NCBI GenBank assembly: GCA_041742825.1
Contig: JBGTNX010000017.1
Span: forward strand, 7,716-71,715
Reading direction: 5' to 3'
DNA: 64,000 nt
From: Acidimicrobiia bacterium
GTDB lineage: Bacteria; Actinomycetota; Acidimicrobiia; Spongiisociales; ZC4RG35
Positions within the stretch are counted from its first letter, which is position 1; every line of letters starts with the position of its first letter. The notes beneath the pieces are model-generated. The model did not search any database, was not told the DNA's origin, and worked only from the letters and a program-made list of their open reading frames with translations. The translations under genes were made by a program, and so were the position numbers. Below are positions 39,366 through 47,928 of this stretch, one piece after another.

Positions 39366-39393
39366 CTAAACCCCCTGGTTAAAGGGGGTTTAG
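39366..39393 (-). terminator. hairpin immediately 3' of the current rnpB
   Basis: 10-bp stem ctaaaccccc/gggggtttag with 8-nt loop abutting the proximal repeat; supplied by the inserted DNA. Confidence 0.45.
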
Positions 39394-39396
39394 ACG

Positions 39397-39424
39397 CTGC
39401 GAGTCGATCTGTAAGCCGGATTCT
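39397..39424. repeat. 28-bp direct repeat (3' end of intact rnpB; att site)
   Basis: Identical to 37684..37711. Confidence 0.9.
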
Positions 39425-39775
39425 GTGACCTGTCGCGCTCTGGCAATGCCGGAACGACAGTAACGACCATCCATCTAGGCGAACTGTCTCCAGTTCGCTC
39501 GAGCGGCCCACCCGGGATATTCAGCGGGCCGCTGATCCCTGCTTGGCCTTGCTCCTGGTGGGGTTTACAAGCTGCCCCGGTCGCCCGGGGCACTGGTGGT
39601 CTCTTACACCACCTTTTCAACCTTGCCTGTGTCCGGAGACCATCGGCGGTTTGTTTTCTGCTGCACTTTCCGTCGGGTTGCCCCGCCTGGGAGTTACCCA
39701 GCACCGTGCCCTGTGGAGTCCGGACTTTCCTCGTCTCCGCAAAAGCGGAGCCGCGGCCGTCCAATCGACTCGCTG
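39397..39775 (-). ncRNA. rnpB: RNase P RNA, bacterial type A
   Basis: The minus strand reads GCGAGUCGAU...GAGGAAAGUCCGGACUCC (CR-I)...GGUGUAAGAGACCACC...ACAGAAUCCGGCUUACAGAUCGACUCGC. The P1 strands GCGAGUCGAU/AUCGACUCGC pair. Length about 380 nt; ends approximate. Confidence 0.9.
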
Positions 39776-39783
39776 ATCCAATT

Positions 39784-40152
39784 CTACCTGGTTCTACGTC
39801 CCCCGATGACCCCGCCAATGCCACCGACGACTATTGAGACCAGGGCAAGCAATAGGACATTCCAGATCGATGCCGACGCCCCGCCGAGACTTGCGAGCAG
39901 GATCAGCATTCCCCCGAGAAGAAGGCCGCATACCGACCCGTGGAACCGGTTGGAGTGGAGCGCCATCCTCCCGGCAATCCATCCTCCGACAACGAGACCC
40001 GCGAGGAGCCCGATCAGCAGCCCGATGGTCGGGCCGTTATTCACATCGGCGAGAGCCAGGCCGCCTCCGACGAGAAACCCCACGACCGTAATCGCGAGTC
40101 CCCCTGCAGCCACTCCCATGACCACGGCCTGAATACTCAAGGCTGCGAGCAT
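39784..40152 (-). CDS. glycine-rich small membrane protein
   Basis: 122 aa, four Gly-zipper-like TM helices; unknown family. Confidence 0.5.
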   Translation of the reverse strand: MLAALSIQAVVMGVAAGGLAITVVGFLVGGGLALADVNNGPTIGLLIGLLAGLVVGGWIAGRMALHSNRFHGSVCGLLLGGMLILLASLGGASASIWNVLLLALVSIVVGGIGGVIGGRRTR

Positions 40153-40269
40153 GAAGCGTCCCCCATCAGGTCGCGCGGAGACAATCCGTGGCTCTCATTT
40201 TCCGTCAAGTTAGTGGCGGGCACTGCTCAAGCTTCGTGAAAACCGCCAAACCGGGGATAATCGTGTTGG

Positions 40270-40689
40270 ATGGACCCGATTTCAGCATCTGAGACAACCC
40301 ACCCCTGGGGCGACGCCGAGACGCCGTTTGCCGAGATTGGCGGCCCCGAAGAGGTACGGCTGCTGGTCGAGGAGTTCTACGACATCATCGAAGACGAATC
40401 GCCCTCTCTGCGAGAGATGCTGCCGCGCAGCACCAACGGCTCACGGTTGAAGCTCTATGAGTTCATGAGCGGATGGCTGGGAGGTCCCCAGCTCTACCAG
40501 AACAAGCGCGGCCACCCCCGCCTCCGCATGCGCCATTTCCCGTTCTCGATCGGCGACGAAGAGGCAGCCGAGTGGATGAGGTGCATGGTGAAAGCAATGT
40601 ACCGGCGCAAGCTTCCCGCCCAATTGATCACTTTCCTCACCGAGCGTCTCAACGAAACCGCCCTCCACCTGCGGAACCAACCCGTCTGA
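40270..40689 (+). CDS. group II truncated hemoglobin (trHbO/YjbI-like)
   Basis: ...FYDIIEDE...YEFMSGWLGGPQLY...GHPRLRMRHFPFSIG...WMRCM pattern of 2-on-2 globins. Confidence 0.7.
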   Translation: MDPISASETTHPWGDAETPFAEIGGPEEVRLLVEEFYDIIEDESPSLREMLPRSTNGSRLKLYEFMSGWLGGPQLYQNKRGHPRLRMRHFPFSIGDEEAAEWMRCMVKAMYRRKLPAQLITFLTERLNETALHLRNQPV

Positions 40690-40693
40690 AACC

Positions 40694-41377
40694 ATGTGCG
40701 GACGTTTCTCCATAACCGGTGACCTCGATTTCTACGCCGAGTATTTCGGCATCGACGACGTCCGGACCGACCCGCTCGAACCAAGCTGGAATGTGGCACC
40801 AACCGACCGCGTCTATGTGGTTGCCGAAAACGACGGCAAACGCTCGCTCGGATCGATGAAGTGGGGTTTGGTCCCCCACTGGGCCAAAGACAGGAAGGCG
40901 ATCCAGATCAATGCCAGAGTGGAGACGGTCGCCACCACATCGATGTTCCGCGACTCGTTTGCTCGTAAGCGCTGTCTGATCCCCGCCGACGGATTCTACG
41001 AGTGGGAACCGCCCGAGCATGGGCGATCGCCGCACTGGATCTACCGTGCCGACGGACACCCTATGGTCTTCGCCGGGATCTGGGCATCGCGGATGAACGA
41101 GGACACCCAGGAGTGGGAGCGAACCTGTTCCATCATCACCACCGAGGCCGACGGGCCCGTGAGCGACATCCATCACCGGATGCCGGTATCGCTGGTGCCC
41201 GACGTCTGGGACGCCTGGCTGGATCGGGAGATGACCGATCCGGAGGAAGCACTCGGCCTGGTTCGGACCGTCTACGCCGAAGAGATCATGGAACATGAGG
41301 TTTCGAAGCGGGTCAACTCCGTGAAGAACAACGACCGGGACCTCACCGCTCCGGCCGCACCCGACACTCTGTTCTAA
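40694..41377 (+). CDS. SOS response-associated peptidase (SRAP/YedK family)
   Basis: N-terminal MCGRF catalytic Cys2, WGLVPHW, PADGFYEW motifs. Confidence 0.9.
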   Translation: MCGRFSITGDLDFYAEYFGIDDVRTDPLEPSWNVAPTDRVYVVAENDGKRSLGSMKWGLVPHWAKDRKAIQINARVETVATTSMFRDSFARKRCLIPADGFYEWEPPEHGRSPHWIYRADGHPMVFAGIWASRMNEDTQEWERTCSIITTEADGPVSDIHHRMPVSLVPDVWDAWLDREMTDPEEALGLVRTVYAEEIMEHEVSKRVNSVKNNDRDLTAPAAPDTLF

Positions 41378-41465
41378 ACCAGGACAAGGCGATGAGGCAG
41401 ATTATCCTTGGGCTGTTCTGAACCCGACGAAAAACCTTGCGCGCGTACTGGCGCTATCTCTTGCG

Positions 41466-43115
41466 GTGGCGGCGTGCTCGCCCGCGAGCACGAGCTCATC
41501 GACGAACGCCACACAACCCGATGGAACACCTGTAACTACGGCTCCGACTTCGACCGAGCCCGGACCGCGCCAGTGTGTCCGCCCGGCAACTTCTACCGCT
41601 ACGGTCTCCACCGGGTCAGCTGCGGCCGACGCACTGTTCCTATCCGGTGAGATCTTTGTCTGCGCAGACAGTGTTGTGGTCGTCAGTGAGACTGACGTCA
41701 ACCAGGTTGCCGCCGCAGCCCAACTAGCTGCTGCGCTCGGTGGGCCGCTCCTGTTTCCCCATCCCCAGCTTGCTGCCGAAATCGGGCGACTCAAGCCCCT
41801 ACACATTTACATCCTGGGCGAAGTCGAATTGACGCTGCCACCGGGCTCAGCGGTGTCGCGTCTCGGCATGACCGAAGCGGTGGACGCGGCGAGGGCGGCT
41901 CTCGGCGTCGTCGAAGAGCTCCGATTGCCGGCAGCCCCCGACGCCTCGACGATCGTTGAGACGGTGAACGCCATTTCGGATGCCAGCAGGGTGGTGATTC
42001 CCCAGACCGCACCCGGCGACACCACCGAATCACCCGCTCCGACCTTTGACGCTGCAGCGATCGTTGCCGGCCTTGCGGTACCAACCGAGGCCCCGACGAT
42101 CTGGTTGGTCAACGCCTCCGACCCGGTGGGGCTGCTGATGGCTGCCGCTACCGGTCAGGCGGTAGGTGCCCGCGTGATGGGCATCGATACCGCCGACATC
42201 CTCGGGTACCCCGAGGTCGGGACTGCGATTGGTGGTCGGAGCGCAGAGGCATTGCGATTCGTCGGCTCGGCGCCCGAGACCGGCGCATGGGAGCTGGCAG
42301 TCCTCCTCAACGGAAGGCAGCTGCCCGGCGGGGGGTACTCGATTCTCGGCGACGAGCAGCCGAAACGCTACGTCGCCTTCTACGGTCATCCGGAGACCTC
42401 GGCCCTCGGGGTGCTCGGAGAGCAGGGCCCGCAGGAGACGCTCGATCGCATGGCTCCTTTCGTCGAGTCGTACACTGCCGATGGCCATCTGGCGATACCC
42501 ACCTTCGAGATGATGGCATCGGTGGCCGCCGCAGACATCACCGATGACGGCGACTACAGCTTCGAGTGGCCTGTCTCCACATTCACCGGCTGGATAGACG
42601 TCGCTGCCGAGCAGGGTGCGTATGTAATACTCGACCTCCAGTCGGGGCGTGAAGACTTCCTCTCCCAAGCCCAGCAGTACGAGGAGCTCCTCCTTCAACC
42701 CCATGTCGGGCTCGCCCTCGACCCAGAGTGGCGGCTCGCTGCCGATCAGATCCATCTGCAACAGATCGGAAGGGTGGACGCTGCCGAGGTCAATCTCGTG
42801 GTCGACTGGCTCGCCGACCTGGTACGCGACAACGGTCTCCCCCAGAAGATGATCATCGTCCACCAGTTCCGTGAGTTCATGATCCAGGATCGGGACACTC
42901 TCAAACTACGCCCGGAACTGCAGATGGTGCTGCAGATGGATGGGCAGGGCCCGATCGCAACGAAAGACACGACCTGGGCTGCCCTCACCGGGGGAACCGA
43001 GGACAACCACTGGCGCTGGGGATGGAAGAATTTCTTCGACGAAGACAGCCCGACTCCGAGCCCGGAGCACACAATGGGCAAAGTGCCTGTGCCGGTTTTC
43101 GTCAGCTACCAGTAG
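41466..43115 (+). CDS. hypothetical secreted protein/lipoprotein
   Basis: 549-aa ORF. AACS follows the annotated GTG directly, and a signal-peptide-like segment (KNLARVLALSLAVAAC) lies in frame upstream without a canonical start, so the true start is uncertain. Confidence 0.6.
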   Translation: MAACSPASTSSSTNATQPDGTPVTTAPTSTEPGPRQCVRPATSTATVSTGSAAADALFLSGEIFVCADSVVVVSETDVNQVAAAAQLAAALGGPLLFPHPQLAAEIGRLKPLHIYILGEVELTLPPGSAVSRLGMTEAVDAARAALGVVEELRLPAAPDASTIVETVNAISDASRVVIPQTAPGDTTESPAPTFDAAAIVAGLAVPTEAPTIWLVNASDPVGLLMAAATGQAVGARVMGIDTADILGYPEVGTAIGGRSAEALRFVGSAPETGAWELAVLLNGRQLPGGGYSILGDEQPKRYVAFYGHPETSALGVLGEQGPQETLDRMAPFVESYTADGHLAIPTFEMMASVAAADITDDGDYSFEWPVSTFTGWIDVAAEQGAYVILDLQSGREDFLSQAQQYEELLLQPHVGLALDPEWRLAADQIHLQQIGRVDAAEVNLVVDWLADLVRDNGLPQKMIIVHQFREFMIQDRDTLKLRPELQMVLQMDGQGPIATKDTTWAALTGGTEDNHWRWGWKNFFDEDSPTPSPEHTMGKVPVPVFVSYQ

Positions 43116-43124
43116 GGTGGCCCG

Positions 43125-44093
43125 ATGACGAAATTCGCATATTTCTGTGGCCATGAACAGTGGCAGCCAGAGGTTCTGGTCGAGCATGCCCTCCTCGCCG
43201 AGGCAGCCGGGTTCGACATGGTCGTCGTCTCCGAGCATTTCCACCCCTGGGTCGATGATGAGTCCGCCTCCGGTTTTGCCTTCTCCACCATCGGGGCAAT
43301 GGCGGCTGCCACCTCGTCCATCGAGTTCGCCACCGGCGTCACCACTCCCCTCTTCAGGTACCACCCGGCGGTTGTGGCTCAGGCCGCTGCGACGCTCGAC
43401 CGTCTCTCCGGGGGACGGTTCACGCTGGGAGTCGGAACCGGAGAGAACATCAACGAAGGCCCTCTCGGCTACGAATTCCCGGCGTACGCCGAGCGCAATG
43501 CACGAATGCGTGAAGCCCTCGAGATCATGCGCCGCCTCCTCGACGGTGAGAAACTCACATTTGACGGCGAGTTCTACAAAACAGACAGAGCCAAGCTCTA
43601 CTCCCCTCCCACCGGGCCCGTCCCGATTCTCCTCGCGGCCGGCGGTCCAAAGTCGGCGCAGTTGGCGGGAGAAATGGCCCAGGGTGTTGTCACCTCGGTG
43701 AAAGACCCCGCCGAGACCAGGGAGAAAGTGATCGAGCCGCTGCAGGCCGCAGCGAGCTCCGACCCGATCGTCCTGGCCACGAGGTGGTCTCTGTTCGCCG
43801 CAAACGAAGATGAGGCATGGCGGGCGCTCTACTCCTGGAGAGGGCTCCGCGCCCCGGGCAGGCTCGAAGCCGTCGACCCGGCCACGTTGCGCGAGCGGGC
43901 CGACGAACTCCCACGAGACGAGGTTCTCGGCCGCTACACGTTGGTCAACAACGCCGATGAGATCGTCGCTGCATACAAACCCCTTGTAACCGAGCTCGAG
44001 GCCGACATCGTCACCTTTCAGATGGCGTCACTCGACCAACCTGAGTTGATCAGGCTGATCGGCAGCGAGGTCCTCCCCGTCCTGCGCGGGTAA
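43125..44093 (+). CDS. luciferase-like (LLM class) F420-dependent oxidoreductase
   Basis: ...GFDMVVVSEHFHPW...LGVGTGENINE... typical of the LLM family, G6PDH-related F420 subgroup. Confidence 0.75.
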   Translation: MTKFAYFCGHEQWQPEVLVEHALLAEAAGFDMVVVSEHFHPWVDDESASGFAFSTIGAMAAATSSIEFATGVTTPLFRYHPAVVAQAAATLDRLSGGRFTLGVGTGENINEGPLGYEFPAYAERNARMREALEIMRRLLDGEKLTFDGEFYKTDRAKLYSPPTGPVPILLAAGGPKSAQLAGEMAQGVVTSVKDPAETREKVIEPLQAAASSDPIVLATRWSLFAANEDEAWRALYSWRGLRAPGRLEAVDPATLRERADELPRDEVLGRYTLVNNADEIVAAYKPLVTELEADIVTFQMASLDQPELIRLIGSEVLPVLRG

Positions 44094-44098
44094 GGCCA

Positions 44099-44761
44099 CT
44101 AGGAAAGTCTGGTAATCAACTCGATGAGTTGCAGCAGGTCCTGTACGACATTCGGCGCCAGGTTCGGAGTCTCCGCAGCCATATAGAACGACGGCACTTG
44201 TTGTCTCATTCGGGTGAGAATGAATGACGCATCCTCTGAGGGCTGGTCGAAGAGAAGCTCGATCTGCGGGTAGAGCCGGCCGGCAAGTGAGGGTCCGAAG
44301 GTTGCGAGCAGGTCGACCCGAAAGCCATCCACTTCCCTGGTGGCGATGTGGTAGCTATCTCCCGAACCGGTGATGATCTCGACAAGCGTGAACTCCACGT
44401 CCTGGGTGGTGGTCACCGACGACCCGACCACCTCGACGCTGCCAATGAGCAGTGAATCGATGCTCTGGGCGAATCCGGACCAGAAATTGGAGGCGATGCC
44501 GGCGTCCCCATCCCGAAGACCCGAGGCGACATCCTCTACTGAAGCACCCTCCGCAAGAGATGCAAGCGCCGACTGCTCCGGCACGGCCAGCGCGGCGGCC
44601 GAGCCGAACTCTCCTGCCGCAAGCATCGAAAAGAGGTCTTCCACGGCTTGTTCGGCAGTCTCGGCCCCCGAACCCGATTGCAGGGACGGATCATCGTTGC
44701 CCGAACACGCCACGAGCCCAGCGACGAGAATTGCGACAGCGAACAGTTTCTCAGACCACAT
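44099..44761 (-). CDS. hypothetical lipoprotein
   Basis: Signal peptide with lipobox LVAGLVAC; no family recognised. Confidence 0.55.
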   Translation of the reverse strand: MWSEKLFAVAILVAGLVACSGNDDPSLQSGSGAETAEQAVEDLFSMLAAGEFGSAAALAVPEQSALASLAEGASVEDVASGLRDGDAGIASNFWSGFAQSIDSLLIGSVEVVGSSVTTTQDVEFTLVEIITGSGDSYHIATREVDGFRVDLLATFGPSLAGRLYPQIELLFDQPSEDASFILTRMRQQVPSFYMAAETPNLAPNVVQDLLQLIELITRLS

Positions 44762-45281
44762 GTTCGGGGATCCTGCCCGTCTTCAACAGGCCACTCCTGC
44801 GATCAGCCGAGTTGAGGCCTACAGCGAACCACATCCACACCAGGTAGAGGATGCCCACGGCCTCCAGCACCCATCGCCACGGGTCGGTGAGCGCACGCTC
44901 CCAGGCAAGGGGCCAGAAGGGGGACGGCCCTGGCGCTAATTCGAAACCGAAGAAAGGCCAGAAGAAGACCTCGGGGTTCGCCCACATCCCGTCCAGCAAC
45001 AGGTGGAACAGCCAGGCAACGCCAACCGCCATGAAGGCTCTCCTTCGCCTGCCCCGCCTCGTCAACAAAAGCACGAAGACCATGTAAACACTTGCGAGGG
45101 TAAGGGAGTGGGCCCACAACTGGCTGGTCGAGTAGCGATCGGCGAGAAGGAGGGTGCCGATCGGCATGTCGATCAGGTCGGGGATCATCACCCCGAGGAA
45201 CAAGAATCGAACGTCGACTTTCGGATCCCGGAAAATCCACCGGAATAACCAGAGGGTTGTCCCGAGCCGCCAGATCAGCAT
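44751..45281 (-). CDS. DUF457-like membrane-bound metal-dependent hydrolase
   Basis: Polytopic; PDLIDMPIG, WAHSL and HLLLD motifs resemble the YdjM/DUF457 family. Confidence 0.5.
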   Translation of the reverse strand: MLIWRLGTTLWLFRWIFRDPKVDVRFLFLGVMIPDLIDMPIGTLLLADRYSTSQLWAHSLTLASVYMVFVLLLTRRGRRRRAFMAVGVAWLFHLLLDGMWANPEVFFWPFFGFELAPGPSPFWPLAWERALTDPWRWVLEAVGILYLVWMWFAVGLNSADRRSGLLKTGRIPEHVV

Positions 45282-45302
45282 TTCAGGGAGCCCCGGGCCG
45301 CT

Positions 45303-46010
45303 CTACGCGACGAGGATGCGCCGGCAGTGGACGCAGCGAGGGATCTCGGCGCTGAGCGCTTCATCTCGCTCGGCCGGCGAAAGTGCCATGTTGCAGCCAC
45401 CGCACACCCCGTTCTCGAACCGGCCGACGGCCACACCCTCCTTGGAGGCACGCAGGGTCTCGTACATCTCGAGAAGGTCGGGGGCTACCGGTTTGATTGC
45501 CTCCACTTTGCGCTCTTCCTTACGGGCGATCTCGGCATCGATTCGCTTCCAGTCCATCTTGATCGATGCTTCGAGCCTGGCCTTCTCCGCGACGAGCACA
45601 TCATGTCTCGTCTCCAGGGAGCCGACTTCCTCCCGAACCGGGTCGACGTTGTCGAGAAGCTTCAGGACCCGGCTCTCCATCGCCTCACGCTGGCCGCGCA
45701 GGCTCTCCACCTCCAGCCGCATGTGCTCGGTCTCCCGGCCGCTCATCGATCCGGCGAACAGCCTGGTCTCGTGCTCCTTCAGTTTCGACTCGAGGATCTC
45801 CAGCTCACCCTCCGATTTGTCGAAGTCGAGTTCGAGTGTGCGCAGGGTTCCGCTTGCCTCGGAAATCTCTTTCGCCAGCACCTCGATCTCATCGTGAGCG
45901 GTCTTGTAGGCAGTAAGATCCGGGAGATTCTGACGCTCTTCGAGCAGGCGGTCGATCTGCGAATCCAGATCCTGGACATCGAGGAGGTCAGCGAGGCTGG
46001 TTAGTTCCAT
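45303..46010 (-). CDS. coiled-coil C4 zinc-ribbon protein (COG1579/DUF164)
   Basis: Long coiled coil, then CGGC...CVHC; usual partner of Nif3, which lies just upstream. Confidence 0.8.
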   Translation of the reverse strand: MELTSLADLLDVQDLDSQIDRLLEERQNLPDLTAYKTAHDEIEVLAKEISEASGTLRTLELDFDKSEGELEILESKLKEHETRLFAGSMSGRETEHMRLEVESLRGQREAMESRVLKLLDNVDPVREEVGSLETRHDVLVAEKARLEASIKMDWKRIDAEIARKEERKVEAIKPVAPDLLEMYETLRASKEGVAVGRFENGVCGGCNMALSPAERDEALSAEIPRCVHCRRILVA

Positions 46011-46069
46011 GCGTACCGCAGGCTAGTGCCCTGTTCGAACCTGTCTGCCGGGTCGAGCGGTGTCGCCGG

Positions 46070-46843
46070 TCAACCCCAGGTCTCGGGGTCGACTTCGGTG
46101 AAGTCGACTACCTCGACACCGGAGATCGTCGAGGCGAGGGCGACGAGGCCCGGCATTCCGGGGCGCTCGGTTGCGACATGGCCCGGATCGACAACTGCCA
46201 GCCCGAGGTCGAGCGCCAGGACCGCGCGATGATGGGAGACGTCGCCCGTGACAAGGGCATCCGCTACGCGCGATGCTTGCTCGATCAGCTCCGAACCCGA
46301 ACCGGGAACTACCGCGACCCTTTCCAACATCCTTTCGCGGTCTCCCGAGACCCGCAGGCCCGCGATTCCGAAAGCATCGGTTGCCATCGCATCGAGGGCA
46401 CCGAGCTTCGCCTCGAAGGTGCCCACCCGGCCTATTGGCGGGAAGCCCTCTTGCTCATCTTCGCCAAACGGCTCGATGTCCCGAAGCTTGAAGACTGACG
46501 CCAACGCTTCGGCCGTGCCGCCGGGGGCGGCGTCGAAGTCGGTGTGGGTGACCAGGAGGGCGGCCCCTGACTGAATTAGACGCAGCGCCCGGGAGGCCGG
46601 AGACCGGCCGTCAACGATCCGGTTGATCGGTGCAAAGAGCAAAGGGTGATACGTGATCAGCAGGTCAACCGGGTTTGCCTCGATAGCCGCCACCACCTGT
46701 TCGGTGACCTCGTGACAGACACCCAGGCGCTCCACCCGATGCTTCCGGTCCCCGAGTTGCAAGCCCACCGGATCCCAGGAGGCGGCAGTCTCCGGGCGGG
46801 TCCGTTCGGCGAGTTGGTCCGCAATTTCGTTGACTGTTGGCAC
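46070..46843 (-). CDS. Nif3-like dinuclear metal centre protein
   Basis: ORF trimmed to the GTG giving VPTVNEIADQL...; WDPVGLQLGD, LLITYHPLLF, VTGDVSHH motifs. Confidence 0.8.
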   Translation of the reverse strand: MPTVNEIADQLAERTRPETAASWDPVGLQLGDRKHRVERLGVCHEVTEQVVAAIEANPVDLLITYHPLLFAPINRIVDGRSPASRALRLIQSGAALLVTHTDFDAAPGGTAEALASVFKLRDIEPFGEDEQEGFPPIGRVGTFEAKLGALDAMATDAFGIAGLRVSGDRERMLERVAVVPGSGSELIEQASRVADALVTGDVSHHRAVLALDLGLAVVDPGHVATERPGMPGLVALASTISGVEVVDFTEVDPETWG

Positions 46844-46884
46844 CAGGGCAGGGTAACCCAAGCCGGAGGGGATACGCTCACGCC

Positions 46885-47928
46885 ATGGATACAACCGCGG
46901 CCACCTCCTGGCGACCCCCGTCGGGATGGTCGTCACTGACGGTGATCGACTCACATGCAGGTGGAGAGCCGTTCCGGGTAGTGACCGACGGACTGCCGGA
47001 GATACCGGGGGCAACCGTTCTCGACCGTCGTCGCTTCGCTACAGAGCACCTCGACAACCTGCGCCGGGGGTTGATGTGGGAGCCGCGCGGGCACCGTGAT
47101 ATGTACGGAGGTTGGATCGGCGAGGCGGTAGAGCCCGATTCGGACTTCTCCATCCTGTTCACCCACAACGAAGGATTCTCGACGATGTGCGGTCACGGCA
47201 TCATCGCGGTCACCAAGCTCGCGTTGGACACCGGCATGGTCGACAGCTCGGACATTGTTTCGACCCTGCGAATCGACACCCCGGCCGGACAGGTCGTCAG
47301 CGTCGCCGAGCACGGCGCAGGAGGGATGGTTGACAAGGTCCGTTTCCGCAACGTGGCCTCCTATGTCGAAGCTCTCGACGAAGTTGTCGATGTCAGCGGG
47401 CTCGGCGAAGTGAGGTACGACCTGGCATTCGGCGGCGCCTACTACGCCTACGTCGATGCTCCATCCCTGGGTGTCGACTGGCCGCCAGATGGGACGGGCC
47501 TGCTGGTCGACCTCGGACGACGGATCAAAAACGCGGTCATGGCCAGCCGTCCGATTGTCCACCCGCTCCACGCCGACCTCGGGTTTCTCTACGGGGTGAT
47601 ACTCACCGGGCCTGCCGTCGACCCGGCGAACTACCGCAGAAACGTCTGCATATTCGCCGACGGCGAGGTCGACCGCTCCCCCACCGGGACGGGCGTCTCC
47701 GGCCACGTAGCCATCGAGGCTGCCCGGGGAAACCTGCAGCCCGGCGACCGCCTGGTTGTGGAGAGCATCGTGGGCAGTGAATTCGCCGGGACCCTGGCGG
47801 AGCTCACCCGGATCGCAGACATCGAAGCGGTGGTCCCGGAGATCGAGGGAACTGCGCATATCACCGGCAGGTCCGAGTTCTGGTTCGACCCGGAAGACAG
47901 TCTCAGCCCGGGATTCCTGCTTCGCTGA
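46885..47928 (+). CDS. proline racemase-family enzyme, Cys/Thr type (trans-3-hydroxy-L-proline dehydratase-like)
   Basis: SHAGGEPFRVV, first catalytic Cys in STMCGHG, second site reads DRSPTGTG (Thr rather than Cys); start set at MDTTAA. Confidence 0.75.
   Translation: MDTTAATSWRPPSGWSSLTVIDSHAGGEPFRVVTDGLPEIPGATVLDRRRFATEHLDNLRRGLMWEPRGHRDMYGGWIGEAVEPDSDFSILFTHNEGFSTMCGHGIIAVTKLALDTGMVDSSDIVSTLRIDTPAGQVVSVAEHGAGGMVDKVRFRNVASYVEALDEVVDVSGLGEVRYDLAFGGAYYAYVDAPSLGVDWPPDGTGLLVDLGRRIKNAVMASRPIVHPLHADLGFLYGVILTGPAVDPANYRRNVCIFADGEVDRSPTGTGVSGHVAIEAARGNLQPGDRLVVESIVGSEFAGTLAELTRIADIEAVVPEIEGTAHITGRSEFWFDPEDSLSPGFLLR

Larger units (their letters stand above)
37684..39424. mobile_element. degraded integrative element remnant inserted in the 3' end of rnpB
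   Basis: Perfect 28-bp direct repeats flank about 1.7 kb. The insert holds a truncated, frameshifted tyrosine integrase next to the intact rnpB, a lone membrane protein gene and visibly AT-richer non-coding DNA. Confidence 0.75.
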
